From Octopus vulgaris (taxonomy: Eukaryota): a stretch of DNA of 64,000 nt. The DNA is taken from assembly GCA_951406725.2 (NCBI GenBank), contig OX597818.1, positions 1,488,001 to 1,552,000 of the forward strand, in the 5' to 3' direction. The stretch's first letter is position 1; each line of letters opens with the position of its first letter. The translations under genes were made by a program, and so were the position numbers. The notes under the pieces are model-generated. The model was not told where the DNA came from, did not search any database, and was given only the letters and a program-made list of their open reading frames with translations. Of this stretch, positions 45,607-59,842 are shown in pieces.

Positions 45607-46587
45607 TAGCTGTGGTGGAAACTGTCCCTCGTTCTCTTTCAGATGTCTAACGCAAACGCGCGGCTCATTTCGTAAAAGAGAAAATGTTTTATCTGCGAAA
45701 ATACACAAACCTTTTATTTGATTTTTTTCCTTGCATTCGTTCAGTAGGGGAAAGGTAATACTATTTGTATTGACACTTGTGCCAACTGAACTATTTAAGT
45801 GCTAGATAAAAAGGACTCCTTTTCTTTCCCTTCCCTCTTCCGTCTTCCTCTAACTCTACCACCCCCTCACCTCAACCGAGACTAGTGTCTTAGTTTTCTT
45901 AAACACGCTCTTTTATGCTCGACTTCGAAAATGTTTCTTTCCTTATGATGTCAACTAATTATTTGTCGCGTTTCTGATCTATTAAGGAGGGGCGAACTTT
46001 ATACTATCCGTTTTCATTCTGTGAATGGAATTTTGAGAAAATATATTTTTTAACAATTAAAGTGTGTATTTACATAAGAGTTATCAGCAAACTGACTTCT
46101 GTTCTTCCCAGTTCATTTCAACATAAAACAAAACACAACTGCAGTGTTACTTGGAAAACTTGTTGTTCACATCTAGCTACTGTTTCCTTTCTGCTGCTGT
46201 TGATATGTTTACATTTACTACTACTGTTACGGCTGCTGCTGCTGCTGTTACTGCAGCTACTATTACTACTGCTACTACTACTAGAGCCGCTGCTGATGAT
46301 GCTGTTGCTGATGCTACTGCTGCTGATGCAGAGAGTCAACGATATATAGCAGCTATTCCCAGACATTATACGCCCCGCAAACTCTCGCTTTGGCTTTCCA
46401 TCTACAAAACAAAACATTATAGTAAAGGGTCGCACAAGACTACGTAAGATTATGATAACAGCAACAATAATGGTTTCAAATTTTAGCACAAGGCCAGCAA
46501 TTTCGTGTGAAGACTTGGCGGCATTTCGTCCGGCGTGCTAACGATTCTGCCAGCTCGCTGCCTTCATAATAATGATAATAATAATTA

Positions 46588-48605
46588 ATTCTTTTATTGG
46601 CCACAAGAGCTCACATACAAAACATTACGAGACATGCGACAACATAAAGGACAAAAACAGGACGATACAATGGGTTTTCGCGTATATACAGTGTAATAAC
46701 AAAGAAGTTGAACAAATTAAACTCCCAATAGGGGAAGCACTTTAAGATCCTCGTGGAAAAACCCCCAAAAGCCATGGGTACCTAAGCAACAGGGCACGAG
46801 CCTTTCTCCTTTGATTCCCTTTTTAAAGGTGCACGCCCAGAATTGGTCCTTTTACACTGGCCATTCTTCCAGCATTCACCCACCTTTCAACAAATTTGCA
46901 ACAAGGCAGCACTTCCTTCTGTATCCTCAACTTCCTTTTCTAGTGAAACTTGAAAAAGTTGATGAAGGATTGGCCACCGAGGAAAGTGTCTGCCTTTAGC
47001 CCTTTCAAACGGGTCCACCATACTATTTCTTTCGCTACAGCCACTAGACAAATAAAAGAGGGCGGCGCCACAGCCACTAGATAAATAAAAGAGGGTGGCG
47101 GTACAATCTTCACAATGGATTCAGCTGATAGCCTGATCCGTCCTACATGCGACAGCACGTGTTCGGCATAGACCCAACTGTCAGCAATACTCGGGCAATG
47201 GACTAGGGGCGTGCAGAATGGTTTCATCGTTGTGGGTGCACCTCGTGCAGGCCCGGTTGACAGCACTTCCGTGCCTGTAAAGTTTATACCGAAAAGGTAG
47301 CCCTCCCAGGCAAGGGATTTCTGGAAGTTATTCATAGGCCCAGGCCCGAAAGTTCTCCGAAAGAGACCAGTTAGTTGCTCTTCATCGAAGCTCAGAGTTT
47401 CCTCGAGAATGTCGCCGCACTTTCCCTCCACAAGCCCTTTATAGAACGCTAGAATAGAACTACCACCGACTGCATTGCCCGCCTGACGGAGGGATGTGAG
47501 AGCTTGACGGCACTCGAGGAGTCAAGCGCCCCTCGGTCTACGTCTAATCCAGAATCAAAGAGACGAACTGTGGAAAAGAGTCTCTCACAAATGGTGACCA
47601 CACCTGCTCACCGTCAAGGAAACGCTAGAGATGCCGCAACCTCAGCACATGTCTGCGCATCAGTAACCCTGTCCAGCCCTCCATTCAGTGGCTGTTACAG
47701 CAGATGGAGCGCCTGACCAGTGGAACGCGCCCCTTCCACAGAAAGCGGAAGAGTAAGCGTACCAGCTTGGTAAACAAGCAAACGGGACAAGGGACGACAG
47801 TCAAGCGGTAATAGATGACGGATGCGATGTACGCATTCGCCACCTCCGCATGACCTTGCAGGGACAGCTTCCTCTCGGCCCATTTCTGGGTGAGATTGGC
47901 TAACCCGTACGTCACCTCGTCCCAGTTTACACTGACTCTTGAGCCATTACTGCGGAAGTTGGAGGCTTTGAGGAGTGTCCCGCGTGATCGAAGATGTGGG
48001 AGAAGTGTGTCTGCTTACGCTGATATTGTCACCGTGATAGTGTCGACCCACAGGCATATAGACCTAATTGGCGAAACACTACAGGAATATGAAGCTTTGA
48101 CAGGAGCAAAAACTAACACGGTAAAGTCAGTGGGCTTGCAACTCGGCACCTGGATGGCATGGACTTACTTCTCCAGGTGCCAAGTTGCAAGCCCACTGAC
48201 TTTTCCATGTAAGTTTTTGCTCCTGTCATCGCTTCATATTCCTGTAGTGTTTCGTCAATCAGGTATATATGCCTGTGGGTCGACACTATCATGGTGTCAA
48301 TATCAGCGTAAGCAGACACACTTCTCCCACATCCTAGATCACGTGGGACACCCCTCAAAGCTTCCAACTTCCGCAGTAATAGCTCAAGAGTCAGCACATA
48401 CAGAAAAGAGGAGAGAGGGCACTCTTGACGGACTGAACGCAAGATGCTGAATGGCTCCGACAGGTGACCATTCACCTGAACAACTGAGCGATCCAGTCAC
48501 GGAAAACTGAACCGAAACCAGCTGCCCTGAGGACAGCTACTAAGTACTGATGGTCTACCCTATCAAAGGCTTAAGACTGACCTAAATTGATCAGAGCCCC
48601 TCCTA
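46588..48605 (-). mobile_element. Tx1/L1-clade LINE, 3' part of ORF2, degenerate, with internal fold-back
   Basis: SVRQECPLS, SAYADI, WAERKLSLQGHAEVAN, LFRFLWKG; 3' end GGCCAATAAAAG. Confidence 0.88.
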
Positions 48606-48678
48606 TGCCAGCTTCGTTAACCACCCTCTCTTTGATGTTCTGCATAAATGAAGGTTATCGTGAATAATAATAATAATA

Positions 48679-48745
<67 letters not shown>

Positions 48746-48747
<2 letters not shown>

Positions 48748-49399
48748 TATTCACTGGGTAATTTGCAAAAGCCTGGATTTGCCCCATGAAAAAAACTGGT
48801 GGGAACACAATCCACCTCCAGTGCTTGAAAATGACCACATCTCACTCCTCTGGAACTTCACCATTCAAACTGACAGAAAGATAGATGCAAATAGGCCAGA
48901 CATCATATTGAAAGACTTCAGACAAAGAACATGCCTCCTCATTGATATGACTGTCCCAATCGATATAAACGTATCTGTCAAGACCTACCAAAAACTGAGC
49001 AAATATAAAGATCTTGAAATAGAAATCAGCAAAATGTGGAACCTGAAGACTAAAACAATACCTGTTGTCATAGGTGTCCTGGGAATGATAGCGAAAGGGG
49101 CTGATTGCTACCTAACTCAGATACCAGGAAACCCCAAGATGGCAGAAATTCAAAAGATAGTGCTCATGGGAACTGCTCATATCCTACGCAAAATACTCTC
49201 TATGTAATCCCAAGGTTTAAAACAAACCTTTTTCTTTTTTTTTAATTTATGTATTAGACATTCACTAGTACAACACCAAAAAAAATATATAGCACACTAG
49301 GCATAACAACAACGTGAACTTCCAACCTGTTGTCTCTTGAGGTCTCTGGGTGAGACTGGGAGCCAAATTGTACAGACATAAAGCAAAAGTCAAACATAG
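48746..49399 (+). mobile_element. Dong family B 3' fragment
   Basis: ORF 48779-49207 (RLE domain, ILRKILSM*) plus 3'UTR; TAA on both sides. Confidence 0.93.
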
Positions 49400-49406
49400 A
49401 ATAATG

Positions 49407-49446
<40 letters not shown>

Positions 49447-49447
<1 letters not shown>

Positions 49448-49660
49448 CTTTTCTACTATAGGCACAAGGCCTAAATTTTGTGGAGGAGGAGTTAAGTCGA
49501 TTACATCGGCACCAGTACTCAACTGCTACTTAATTTATCAACCCCGAAAGGATGAAAGACAAAGTCGACCTCGGCGGAATTTGAACTCAGAACGTAGCGA
49601 CGAGCGAAGTATCGTTAAGCTTTTCGTCCAGCACTCTAACGATTCTGCCAGCTCACCGCG
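49447..49660 (-). mobile_element. tRNA-derived SINE with TAA tail
   Basis: rc GCGGTGAGCTGGCAGAATCGTTAG...GAGTTCAAATTCCGCCGAGGTCGAC...GTAGAAAAGATTATT. Confidence 0.87.
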
Positions 49661-49680
49661 TTAATAATAATAATAATTAA

Positions 49681-49749
<69 letters not shown>

Positions 49750-49751
<2 letters not shown>

Positions 49752-50865
49752 AGCTGGAAAACTACTATAAAATAACCACCATAGGACTGCAAAAATATCT
49801 TCTTCAGAAGGAAGGAAGACTGATAAAAATAGCGACAAAACACGAGCAAAACAAAAAACTGTTCTCAGTATTTAAGGAAGCTGACTAATACAAACAAGAA
49901 ATCATACCACCTAATAAATATGAAGAAGAAGAAGATGAAGAAACAACAAAAGCTATAAAACAAATGAAATCCAAACTAAAAATAGAACAGCAACGAACCA
50001 TGATAAAACGATGGCAAGAAAAGCCCCTTCATGGTAAATACTGGACTAAACTAAACGCAAAAGAAATAGACAAAGAAAAATCCCAGCAATGGTTGAGAAG
50101 CTCAGGACTCAAAGCAGAGACAGAGGGATTTTTAATTGTAGCACAAGACCAAAGCCTCCCCACCAGAAATTACCAAAAACATGTAATGAAAAGAAATATA
50201 ACAAGTAGCTGCAGAATATGTGGAGATGAACAAGAAACAGTAAATCATATTATCTCTGGCTGCACAGTCCTGGCTAAGAAGGAATATATTCACAGACATG
50301 ACAGAGTTGGAACCTATATACACTGGAAGCTATGCCAACATTATGGAATAACAACAGAAAAAAGATGGTATAGGCACACACCAGAAAAGGTCACAGAAAA
50401 CGAGAAAGCAACCATACTCTGGGATATGCCGATACACACAGATAGAGAAATTAAGGTTAACAGACCAGATATAGCTGTCAGAGATCATGAAGAAAAAAAA
50501 TGCTTTCTAATTGATGTATTAATACCGGCAGATGACAACGTGTCTCTAAAAGAAATGGAGAAACTTTCAAAATACAAATACCTGGAAATAGAGGTAACCA
50601 GAATGTGGAATCTAAAAACAGAAATAATTATCGTGCATTAGGCATGATAAAATATATTCAGACAAATACATAACAAAAACACCAGGACTTACAAACACAT
50701 ATAACATACACAAAATTTCACTACTAGGCACTGCACACATCCTACGCAGAACACTTTCCATACAATAACCATCAGGGCATCACAACAAATCACAGCACAT
50801 ACCCAAGGCACACAGAGCTGCGCTCGGTAGTGAAGTGAAAGCACGCTATAAAACTAAAACTACTG
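49750..50865 (+). mobile_element. Dong family A 3' fragment
   Basis: ORF 49964-50641 with CCHC, RHD and RPD..ID..K motifs, plus 3'UTR. Confidence 0.94.
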
Positions 50866-50868
50866 AAC

Positions 50869-50933
<65 letters not shown>

Positions 50934-51355
50934 TTGTCCCAATCGATATAAACATATCTGTCAAGACCTATCAAAAACTGAAAAATATAAAGATCTTGAA
51001 ATAGAAATCAGCAAAATGTGGAACCTGAAAACTAAAACAATACATATTGTCATAGGTGCCCTGGGAATGATAGCGAAAGGGGCTGATTGCTACCTAACTC
51101 AGATACCAGGAAACCCCAAAATGGCAGAAATTCAATTGACAGTGCTCATGGGAACTGCTCATATCCTACGCAAAATACTTTCTATGTAATCTCAGGGTTT
51201 AAAACAAACAATTTTTTTTGACATTCACTAGTACAACGCCAAAAAAAAACCGAAATATATGGCACACTAGGCATAACAACATGAACTTCCAACCTGTTGT
51301 CTCTGGGTGAGACTTGGAGCCAACTTGTACAAATATAAAGCAAAATTCAAACATA

Positions 51356-51356
<1 letters not shown>
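50934..51356 (+). mobile_element. Dong family B 3' fragment
   Basis: Colinear with 48950-49399. Confidence 0.9.
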
Positions 51357-51418
<62 letters not shown>

Positions 51419-51515
51419 TAATAATAATAATAATAATAACAACAACAACAACAACAATAACAATAATAATAACAATAATAACAACAACAACAACAACAAT
51501 AACAATAACAATAAA

Positions 51516-51577
<62 letters not shown>

Positions 51578-51578
<1 letters not shown>

Positions 51579-51914
51579 TAAAAGAAATGGAGAAACTCTC
51601 AAAATACAAAGACCTGGAAATAGAGGTAACTAGAATGTGGAATCTGAAAACAGAAACAATTCCTATCATAGTAGGTGCATTAGGCATGATAAAAAAATAT
51701 TCAGACAAATACATAACAAAAACACCAGGACTTACAAACACATATAACATACAGAAAATTGCACTACTAGGCACTGCACACATCCTACGCAGAACACTTT
51801 CCATACAATAACCATCAGAGCATCACAACAAATCACAGCACATACCCAAGGCACACAGAGCTGCGCTCGGTAGTGAAGTGAAAGCACGCTATAAAAATAA
51901 AAATAAAACTACTG
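51578..51914 (+). mobile_element. Dong family A 3' fragment
   Basis: ORF 51587-51811 plus 3'UTR. Confidence 0.93.
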
Positions 51915-51951
51915 AATAATAATAATAATAATGATGATGATAATAATAATA

Positions 51952-54408
51952 TATGAAAACCATAATTGACATTGATGCCACCATAGAAACCATCAAGCAA
52001 AAGGTATGTGCCAAAGCTGCCGGCATAGCGAGGTATGAAAAGCGTGTTAGATTCTTCAAGGACAACGACATATTCAAAAATAATCCCAAAAATGTTTACA
52101 GGAAGATAGAGAAAACACCAGTAACTGTAAAGTCTGTACCATCAAAAGAAGTGCAGGGATTATGGAATAAAATTTGGGCAGAAGAAAAAACACACAATGA
52201 AAAGGCCCCTTGAGCGAAAATGGGAGGGTGTCAAGGAAGAAGATATAAGATCTGCTCTCAGGAGGTCAAGCAAATTGAAGTCTCCAGGAAAGGATGAAAT
52301 TCCTAACTTCTGGTTGAATGCATTCCCAGAGAGCCATGAACTGCTAACAGAACTTTACAACGGTTTTGCAACACCCTAGTAGGATGCCTTCTTGGCTAGT
52401 TAATGGTATAATATTCCTGCTTCCAAAAAGTGAAGAAACAAATGAACCAAAAAACTATAGACCCATAACCTGCTTAACAACTATGTATAAAACGCTAACA
52501 TCTGTTCTGACTGAATATACCTATAGTTTTTTAATAGAAAGCAGCAAGTTCCCTAATGAACAGAAAGGATGTAAACGTGAATCCTATGGTTGTAAAGATC
52601 AATAAGATGATCTTAGAAGATTGTCACAACCGACACAAAAACTTGTCAATAGCCTGGATAGACTATAAAAAAGCTTTTGATAGCCTGCCACATAGCTGGA
52701 TTAAGAAATGCCTGGAAATGTATAAAATAGCACCTACTCTGCAAAACCTTTGTCTGTAAGTATGAGATCATGGAGAGCCACACTAACTTTGAACAGTGAC
52801 AATGAATCTCTAAATGCTGGTGATGTAAAAATTCCATGTGGCATTTTCCAGGATGACTCACTAGAACCGCTTCTCTTTTGTTTAGCCTTAATACCTCTCT
52901 CAAAATTGCTCAACGATACACAGTACGGTTATAAAATGTTTGATAAAAATATAAATCATCTCATTTACATGGATGATTTAAAGCTCTTTGCAAAAAATGA
53001 CCAACAACTCAAGGGCTTACTAGCGATTGTTAAACAATTCAGTGATGACATCAGAATGCAATTTGGCCTCGATAAATGTGTAAAAGCTACCTTTATCAAA
53101 GGAAAAATGACAGAAACAGCTAACGTTAACCTTGACCAGCAGAATGTCATAAAAGAGTTAGACCCAGCGGAGAGCTACAAATACCTAAGGGTAATACAAC
53201 TGGAATTAACTATGAAAATTGCCACAATTGGCCTAGACACCTACCTGAAAATCTCTGAGGACTGGATGTTAAAACTTGTCTCAAAACATGAAAACAAGAA
53301 AGCATCATACTCAGTAACAAAACAGGCAAATGAATATCTAAGTGAATTTCAAATACAACAAATTTCGGAATTAGACATACAAGAAACAAGCACAGGAAAA
53401 GCTAAGCGCATGAAAACCCGTGCTAAAACTGCTGCCTTAGATATTCTGAATGATAAATGGCAAGAAAAACCTCTAAATAACAAATAACCAAAGAGAACAA
53501 ATAATGCCGATGTTGACAAAGCCCTGACCCATCAATGGCTAATGGCCTCTGGCTTAAAATCTGAAACAGAAGGGTTTATCATAGCAGCTCAAGATCAACG
53601 CCTACCTACAAGGAACTACCAGGCCAACATATTAAAGAACGGCAGTAGCCCAACATGTCATGTATGTCAACAACAAAATGAAACCATTGATCATGTTGTC
53701 TCCAAGTGTAGTCTTCTTGTGCCTACAGAGTATCTCAACAGGCATGATAGAGCTGCACAATATATTCACTGGGTAATTTGCAAAAGCCTGGATTTGCCCC
53801 ATGATAAAAACTGGTGGGAACACAAACCACCTCCAGTGCTTGAAAATGATCAAATCTCACTCCTCTGGAACTTCACCAATCAAACTGACAGAAAGATAGG
53901 TGCGAATAGGCCAGACATCATATTGAAAGACTTCAGATAAAAATTATGCCGCCTCATTGATATGACTGTCCCAATCGATATAAACGTATCTGTCAAGACC
54001 TACCAAAAACAGCAGATATGATCTTGAAATAGAAATCAGCAAAATGTGGAACCTGAAGACTAAAACAATACCTGTTGTCATAAGTGCCCCATGAATGAAA
54101 GCAAAAGGGGCTGATTGCTGCCTAGATCAGATACCAGGAAAACCCAAGATGGCAGAAATTCAAGACAGTGCTCATGGGAACTGCCCATATCCTACGCAAA
54201 ATACTGTCTATGTAATCTCAAATTTTAAAACAGACACATAATTTTCTTATGGTTTCTTAAACATTCTCTATAACAATACTATGTACAAAACCAAATATAT
54301 GGCATCCTAAGCATAACACCAACATGGACTTCTAACCTGTCTCATGAGGTCGCTGGGTGAGACTTGGAGCCAACTTGTACAAATGCAAAGCAAAAGTCAA
54401 GCATAAAA
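51952..54408 (+). mobile_element. Dong family B, 5'-truncated, internal deletion near 53195
   Basis: RT motifs in 52366-53190, CCHC and RLE in 53542-54210. Relative to 7698-9619 it lacks ~300 bp after YKYLRVI. Confidence 0.93.
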
Positions 54409-54432
54409 TAATAATTATAATAATACTAATAC

Positions 54433-54489
<57 letters not shown>

Positions 54490-57400
54490 TGATGATAATA
54501 ATAATAATAATAATAATAATGATGATGATGATAATGATGATGATGATGATGATGATGATAATGATGATGATGATTACACAGTTGTTATTAAAGTGGGTAA
54601 TTTTAATATTTCTTAAGGATACACTCGCACTGAACTCCCTATTACAGCATTTATAGACCCTGTAACATATTTTGATCTACTCATTGTTATTTGTGTATCT
54701 TAAACATGCATGTTTTATGATGGATGGCTTCCCTTAATCTCTATGTAATAGCTTGACCAGCTAGAAATGGCAGTCAAATCTTTCCCAAATAGAATTTGGA
54801 GCTTGTATTTTTTGACGTACACATCTGGCTGGGACGTTTTTGTTCATATGTCTACTAGATCAAAGCTGACTTTTAATTAAACAACAACTTGTCTTTAAAG
54901 CTGAATACTCTATAACTATAGGAATCCCTTCATGTTGTTTAGTCACAGGCCAGCCTTCATGGAAACAGATTAAAGACATTCTAACAAATATCATCACGTC
55001 AGTGGTAGAGTGGGATGTCTAGAAACATATTTTCTTTTTCTTAGTCGACCGGGGTAGCGTGGGGTGGGGTGATGATTTAAGGGCGATTTTTCTACTATTT
55101 CTAACAGGTCGATAAACTACATAAAAGTTTCCACATTAGTTTTAAATATTGCATTTACTATCACCTGTCATGAAAAGTTTGTGACATAATTTTCATGCTT
55201 GGCATTCTGTTCTCGATTGTACATTGCTTTAAATACACGTTACCTCACTTAAAGTATAACCCTTTCATCACACAAGATTCAAACACAAGATACATTTCAA
55301 TGTTTAGGAAGGACTAGCAGTTTAAAATGTCAAAATCAGTAATTACATATAATCATCGTTCAACTCATAAAATAGAAATTACTACAACATTCCAATTAAA
55401 ATGGCTGCCGATTTCAAGTACAACCCGATAGACAAAAGCAGGAATATTTATTTTATGTTTAATCAACGGAAAGCCAATGAAAAGGAAATGCTGTAAGAAA
55501 AGTTGCAAAGGAAACCTCAGCTTATGTACCCTCATTCATATTTGTGTCTAGAATTATTAGTGCAATTGATTACGTTACCAAATGTTTATGTGGCCAATTT
55601 GAAAAGCTAAGGTCTCGAGTTCTCGACAAGAACATGAAAATATATTCAGCAGAAATTTGAAAATCCACCCTGTAAGCGAGACAGTAAAAATATACGAATT
55701 TTTCTAAGTTCAGCATATGTTCTTGCGGTTTGCGGTGTAAATTTCCTCCAAGTAAACACTTTGAAAAGATTACGAGTATATACGTGTGTTTATTTCTGTG
55801 TTTATATATATAAATAAATACATATACACAGACACACAGACACACAACACACACACATACACACACATAGAGACAGCCATAGACACACACACTCGCTCAC
55901 ACGCACACATTCTGATACAGATATGTACATATATATATCTATAAATATTCTATTCCCACACACATGTGGGGGAGGGCTGAGATAGTTTGATTGTGCACGC
56001 GTGAGAAAGGGAGAGATGAGAGTATGTATACTAGGTCTCAATATCTTATCCGATGACCTCTGCTTCATTGCCAATGGGTCATAGCAAAAGCTGCGTCTTC
56101 AGGGCCTAAAAATATCTTATTCCTTAATATGGGCTTTCGGTTTCATTGGTAAAGCACAACAATCTTTAATTCACTCGGACAATATTTCTCCATCTCTTTC
56201 TACCTCTCGTAATGTTACTAAAGTCGCCTCTGCTCCTCCCATCTAATTGGTCTCGTACCACCTCTACTCAGGCTTGATAAATTCCCCCGTACATACTCAT
56301 CACCCAGAACTTCTTTCCCAGACTGTATATTCCTGCAAGTTGACTTGCATTTTTCAAGAACATGAACAGTCTCTCAGTGTTCCAAACCTAGATCTGCGAG
56401 ATCCATTTCTTCTGGAACAAAGTTATGTGCATACATACATGTATGTATGTGTGTGTGTGTGTATGTGTGTGTGTGTGAATTTGTGTGTGAATGTGTGTGT
56501 GCATACAACATATGTACAGATAAGATGGCAGGGTAGATTTCCAGTTGTAGCAACTTAAACTTACATATCGAATAATCTGTTTAGAAAATTATATCAGATG
56601 TCCAGCTGCCTTTCTGGTAAAGTCAATATGACTTATTTCTCACTGACCGAAATGGTCGATAATCTTGCATATGTAATGTACAGCTATAGATTGTATTTAA
56701 AGTACTGCTATGATATACATATTTCCTCGTCACCAAGCGCGTGTGCGCACACATACACACACACACATACACTCGTTTATTTAATTGTTTTTTCATTGAG
56801 GATGGTTAACGTTTGTGATCTTTTTGTGGCGATTCAGAGACTGATGAAAGAAAGGAAGGGAGCTTTCACTGTCCTTAAACAAGAGACTCTGCTGCGAATG
56901 CTTACATTTCACTCAAGATCTCTAAGGGCCAGATCGCAGTGCTATGACTAAATCTATCCCTCTTGTTCACACAATTTCCATCTACCCCATTTCATTCATG
57001 ACGTTTAGATCAACCCGAGGCTATTGTAGTAGACATATAACCCCAAGGTACTGTGTACTAGGTTTGAACACATTAGTTGGGAAGCAACCTTCGTACCCAC
57101 GCGGTTGTAATTTACAGACATGCATTTACAGTATTATTCATCATAATGGTAATTTTTTTATCTCCACTAGGTCTTTGGTTTGAAAGTCACCAATTTATAA
57201 TAAAATAGCTCAGGCTGAATGGTTAATAACACGTTGACTTCAAAAGAAACAAGTAGTTAAAATTAATGACAGCATCAGACGATTTTGCAGGAAGAATTTG
57301 CATGCTACCATTATTCATCGTTTATGTCAATACAAACAATTGTCAAAAAATACTATTGACATATCATAAATGTTTTGTTTTATCCTACTGGCAACCAGAA

Positions 57401-58553
57401 ATTTTATGAAAATACAGATAGCTCGTAATCCCCGCGAACATCCTTTTTTTGTGTATTAATGTTGATGAGGCAGGCAAACTGTCAGAATCTCTACATCTCA
57501 AGATGGAATGTCTCACAATATTTACCGATGATTCTTTACGTTTGAATTCAAATCTTTCCAAGGTAAGTTTTGCATTTTATCCTTCACGTGTTGGTAAACT
57601 AATGTCTCGACTGAATACTGGGATCGATATAATCAATAAACCTTCTTCCAAAAATTTATTGCATTCTGTTCCCTTAAAAAGCAACTTATGGAAAGTATTA
57701 CATCCTTTTTAGTGCAACTCATTATAAACATAACGCTCAGCATTATTGTAGATAAATAAGTGACATCTGAAAGAAATGCTATTTCAAAGTTTAGACTTCT
57801 GGCTCATTTTCTTTTTTTCCAATCAAGAAGATAACCCACCATTCCACAACTGGACGTCTAAGAAAATGGCAAGCAAAATTTACTTTTCTCAAGCAACTGC
57901 TGCACAGCAAATACAAAGTCCAAGGAGCAAATTTTCAGCCTTTTCAATGCTGTTTAAGACGCTTCTGTTATAGCCCAGCCTCAAATCAGTTTCGACATTG
58001 CTATTGGAATAGTATTCTGTATATGCCGTTCAAAACAAAAAGCTCCTTTCTATAATTCCTCTCATTAAATGAAAGGTTTAAGTTCATTCCCAGGTTTTCG
58101 AATAGTCAATGAAGTTTACTCATGTTTTCAAAGAGATTAAATATTTTTTAAACTTTGGTCTAAATCGTTGACAGCTTAACTAATCTGGCTATGTCCGCAA
58201 GGGAACTTATCTCCCTTGTCTGATCTGTAAAATTGACTTATTGATGAGCACTGTTATTTATAATCTCTCTAATGAGACTGATGCATTTTTCCACATTATT
58301 CTTCCTCGAAGATTTATTCTAATGCATCAATCAAAATATGTGTCGGTGATATGGTGATATAAATTATTTAAATAACATCTTGTGCGTTTGTCTCCATTTC
58401 CCGTTATTCTTATAAATGTGTATGTGCGTTAGATAATGAAAGGAATGGTTTGTACCTGGTAGCTTACAGGTAAAGCAAGATCACTTTCACAGCGTTCGTT
58501 ATGTATATGGTTATGTATATGGTAAATGTTATTTTAACAAGTTGCATCTATTT

Positions 58554-58658
58554 ATCACCCGAAGAGACACATCTGCATCGCCGGATGCTCCTGAACCACT
58601 TGTTAAGTGTCTCACCCGTGGGGATTGATGCTAGATGTGTCGAAACAATTATCGTGAT
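58554..58658 (+). ncRNA. Type I hammerhead ribozyme fold with extended helix II (U4C variant)
   Basis: ATCAC-CCGAAGA-GACACATCTGCATC...GATGCTAGATGTGTC-GAAA-CAATTA-TC-GTGAT. Confidence 0.72.
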
Positions 58659-58847
58659 TAATAAAAATTCTCATATATTCCATCTTCCGTCTTTCATTTA
58701 CAATGTATATATGTGTGCGTGTGTGTGTGTATGTATATGTATATATATAAATATAATTAGAGGATAAAATCATTAAAATTAATGAATTTTATCCGTGGCC
58801 AGCATATAAAATACCTTTTAGGTAAAATACATATATAGAGATATATG

Positions 58848-59087
<240 letters not shown>

Positions 59088-59266
59088 GGAATTTTGTCAG
59101 TGAACAGGTCGCGATCTCAAAGCAACGAAAATATTTTGGCAAATTAAATTTAGATGTTGAAGTGAATCTAATGGTTTTTGTGCGTTTTTAAATGGCTTAC
59201 AAACACCTTCCACGCTGCAATTGTTTATATATATATATATTAAAAATATATATATATATGTATGTG

Positions 59267-59302
<36 letters not shown>

Positions 59303-59619
59303 TGTATGTATGTATGTATGTATGTATGTATGTATGTATGTATGTATGTATGTATGTGTGTATATATATATACATACACACACACATATATGTTTGTGTA
59401 TGTAAGTGTGTGTGTTCATAGCCTTTTATTTTTTATTTGTTTAAGTCATTTGACTGCATCCATGCTGGAGCACCGCATTTTTGCGAACAAATCGACCCCA
59501 GGGCTTATTCTTTGTAAGCCTTATACTTATTCTATCACTAAGTTACGAGGAAGTAAACACACCAACATCAGCTGTCAAGTGATGGTAGGGGACAAGCACA
59601 GATACACAAATATATACAA

Positions 59620-59745
<126 letters not shown>

Positions 59746-59842
59746 CACACAAGCACACATGTATAAATACATATATATGTATATATGTGTGTGTGGATGT
59801 ACGTATTTATATATATATATATTGTCTGTCTGTACTTGTCCC

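Noticed and set aside
57720-58300. Possible transposase or host exon in repeat-poor sequence
   Set aside because: No motif or sustained reading frame could be recognised on either strand.
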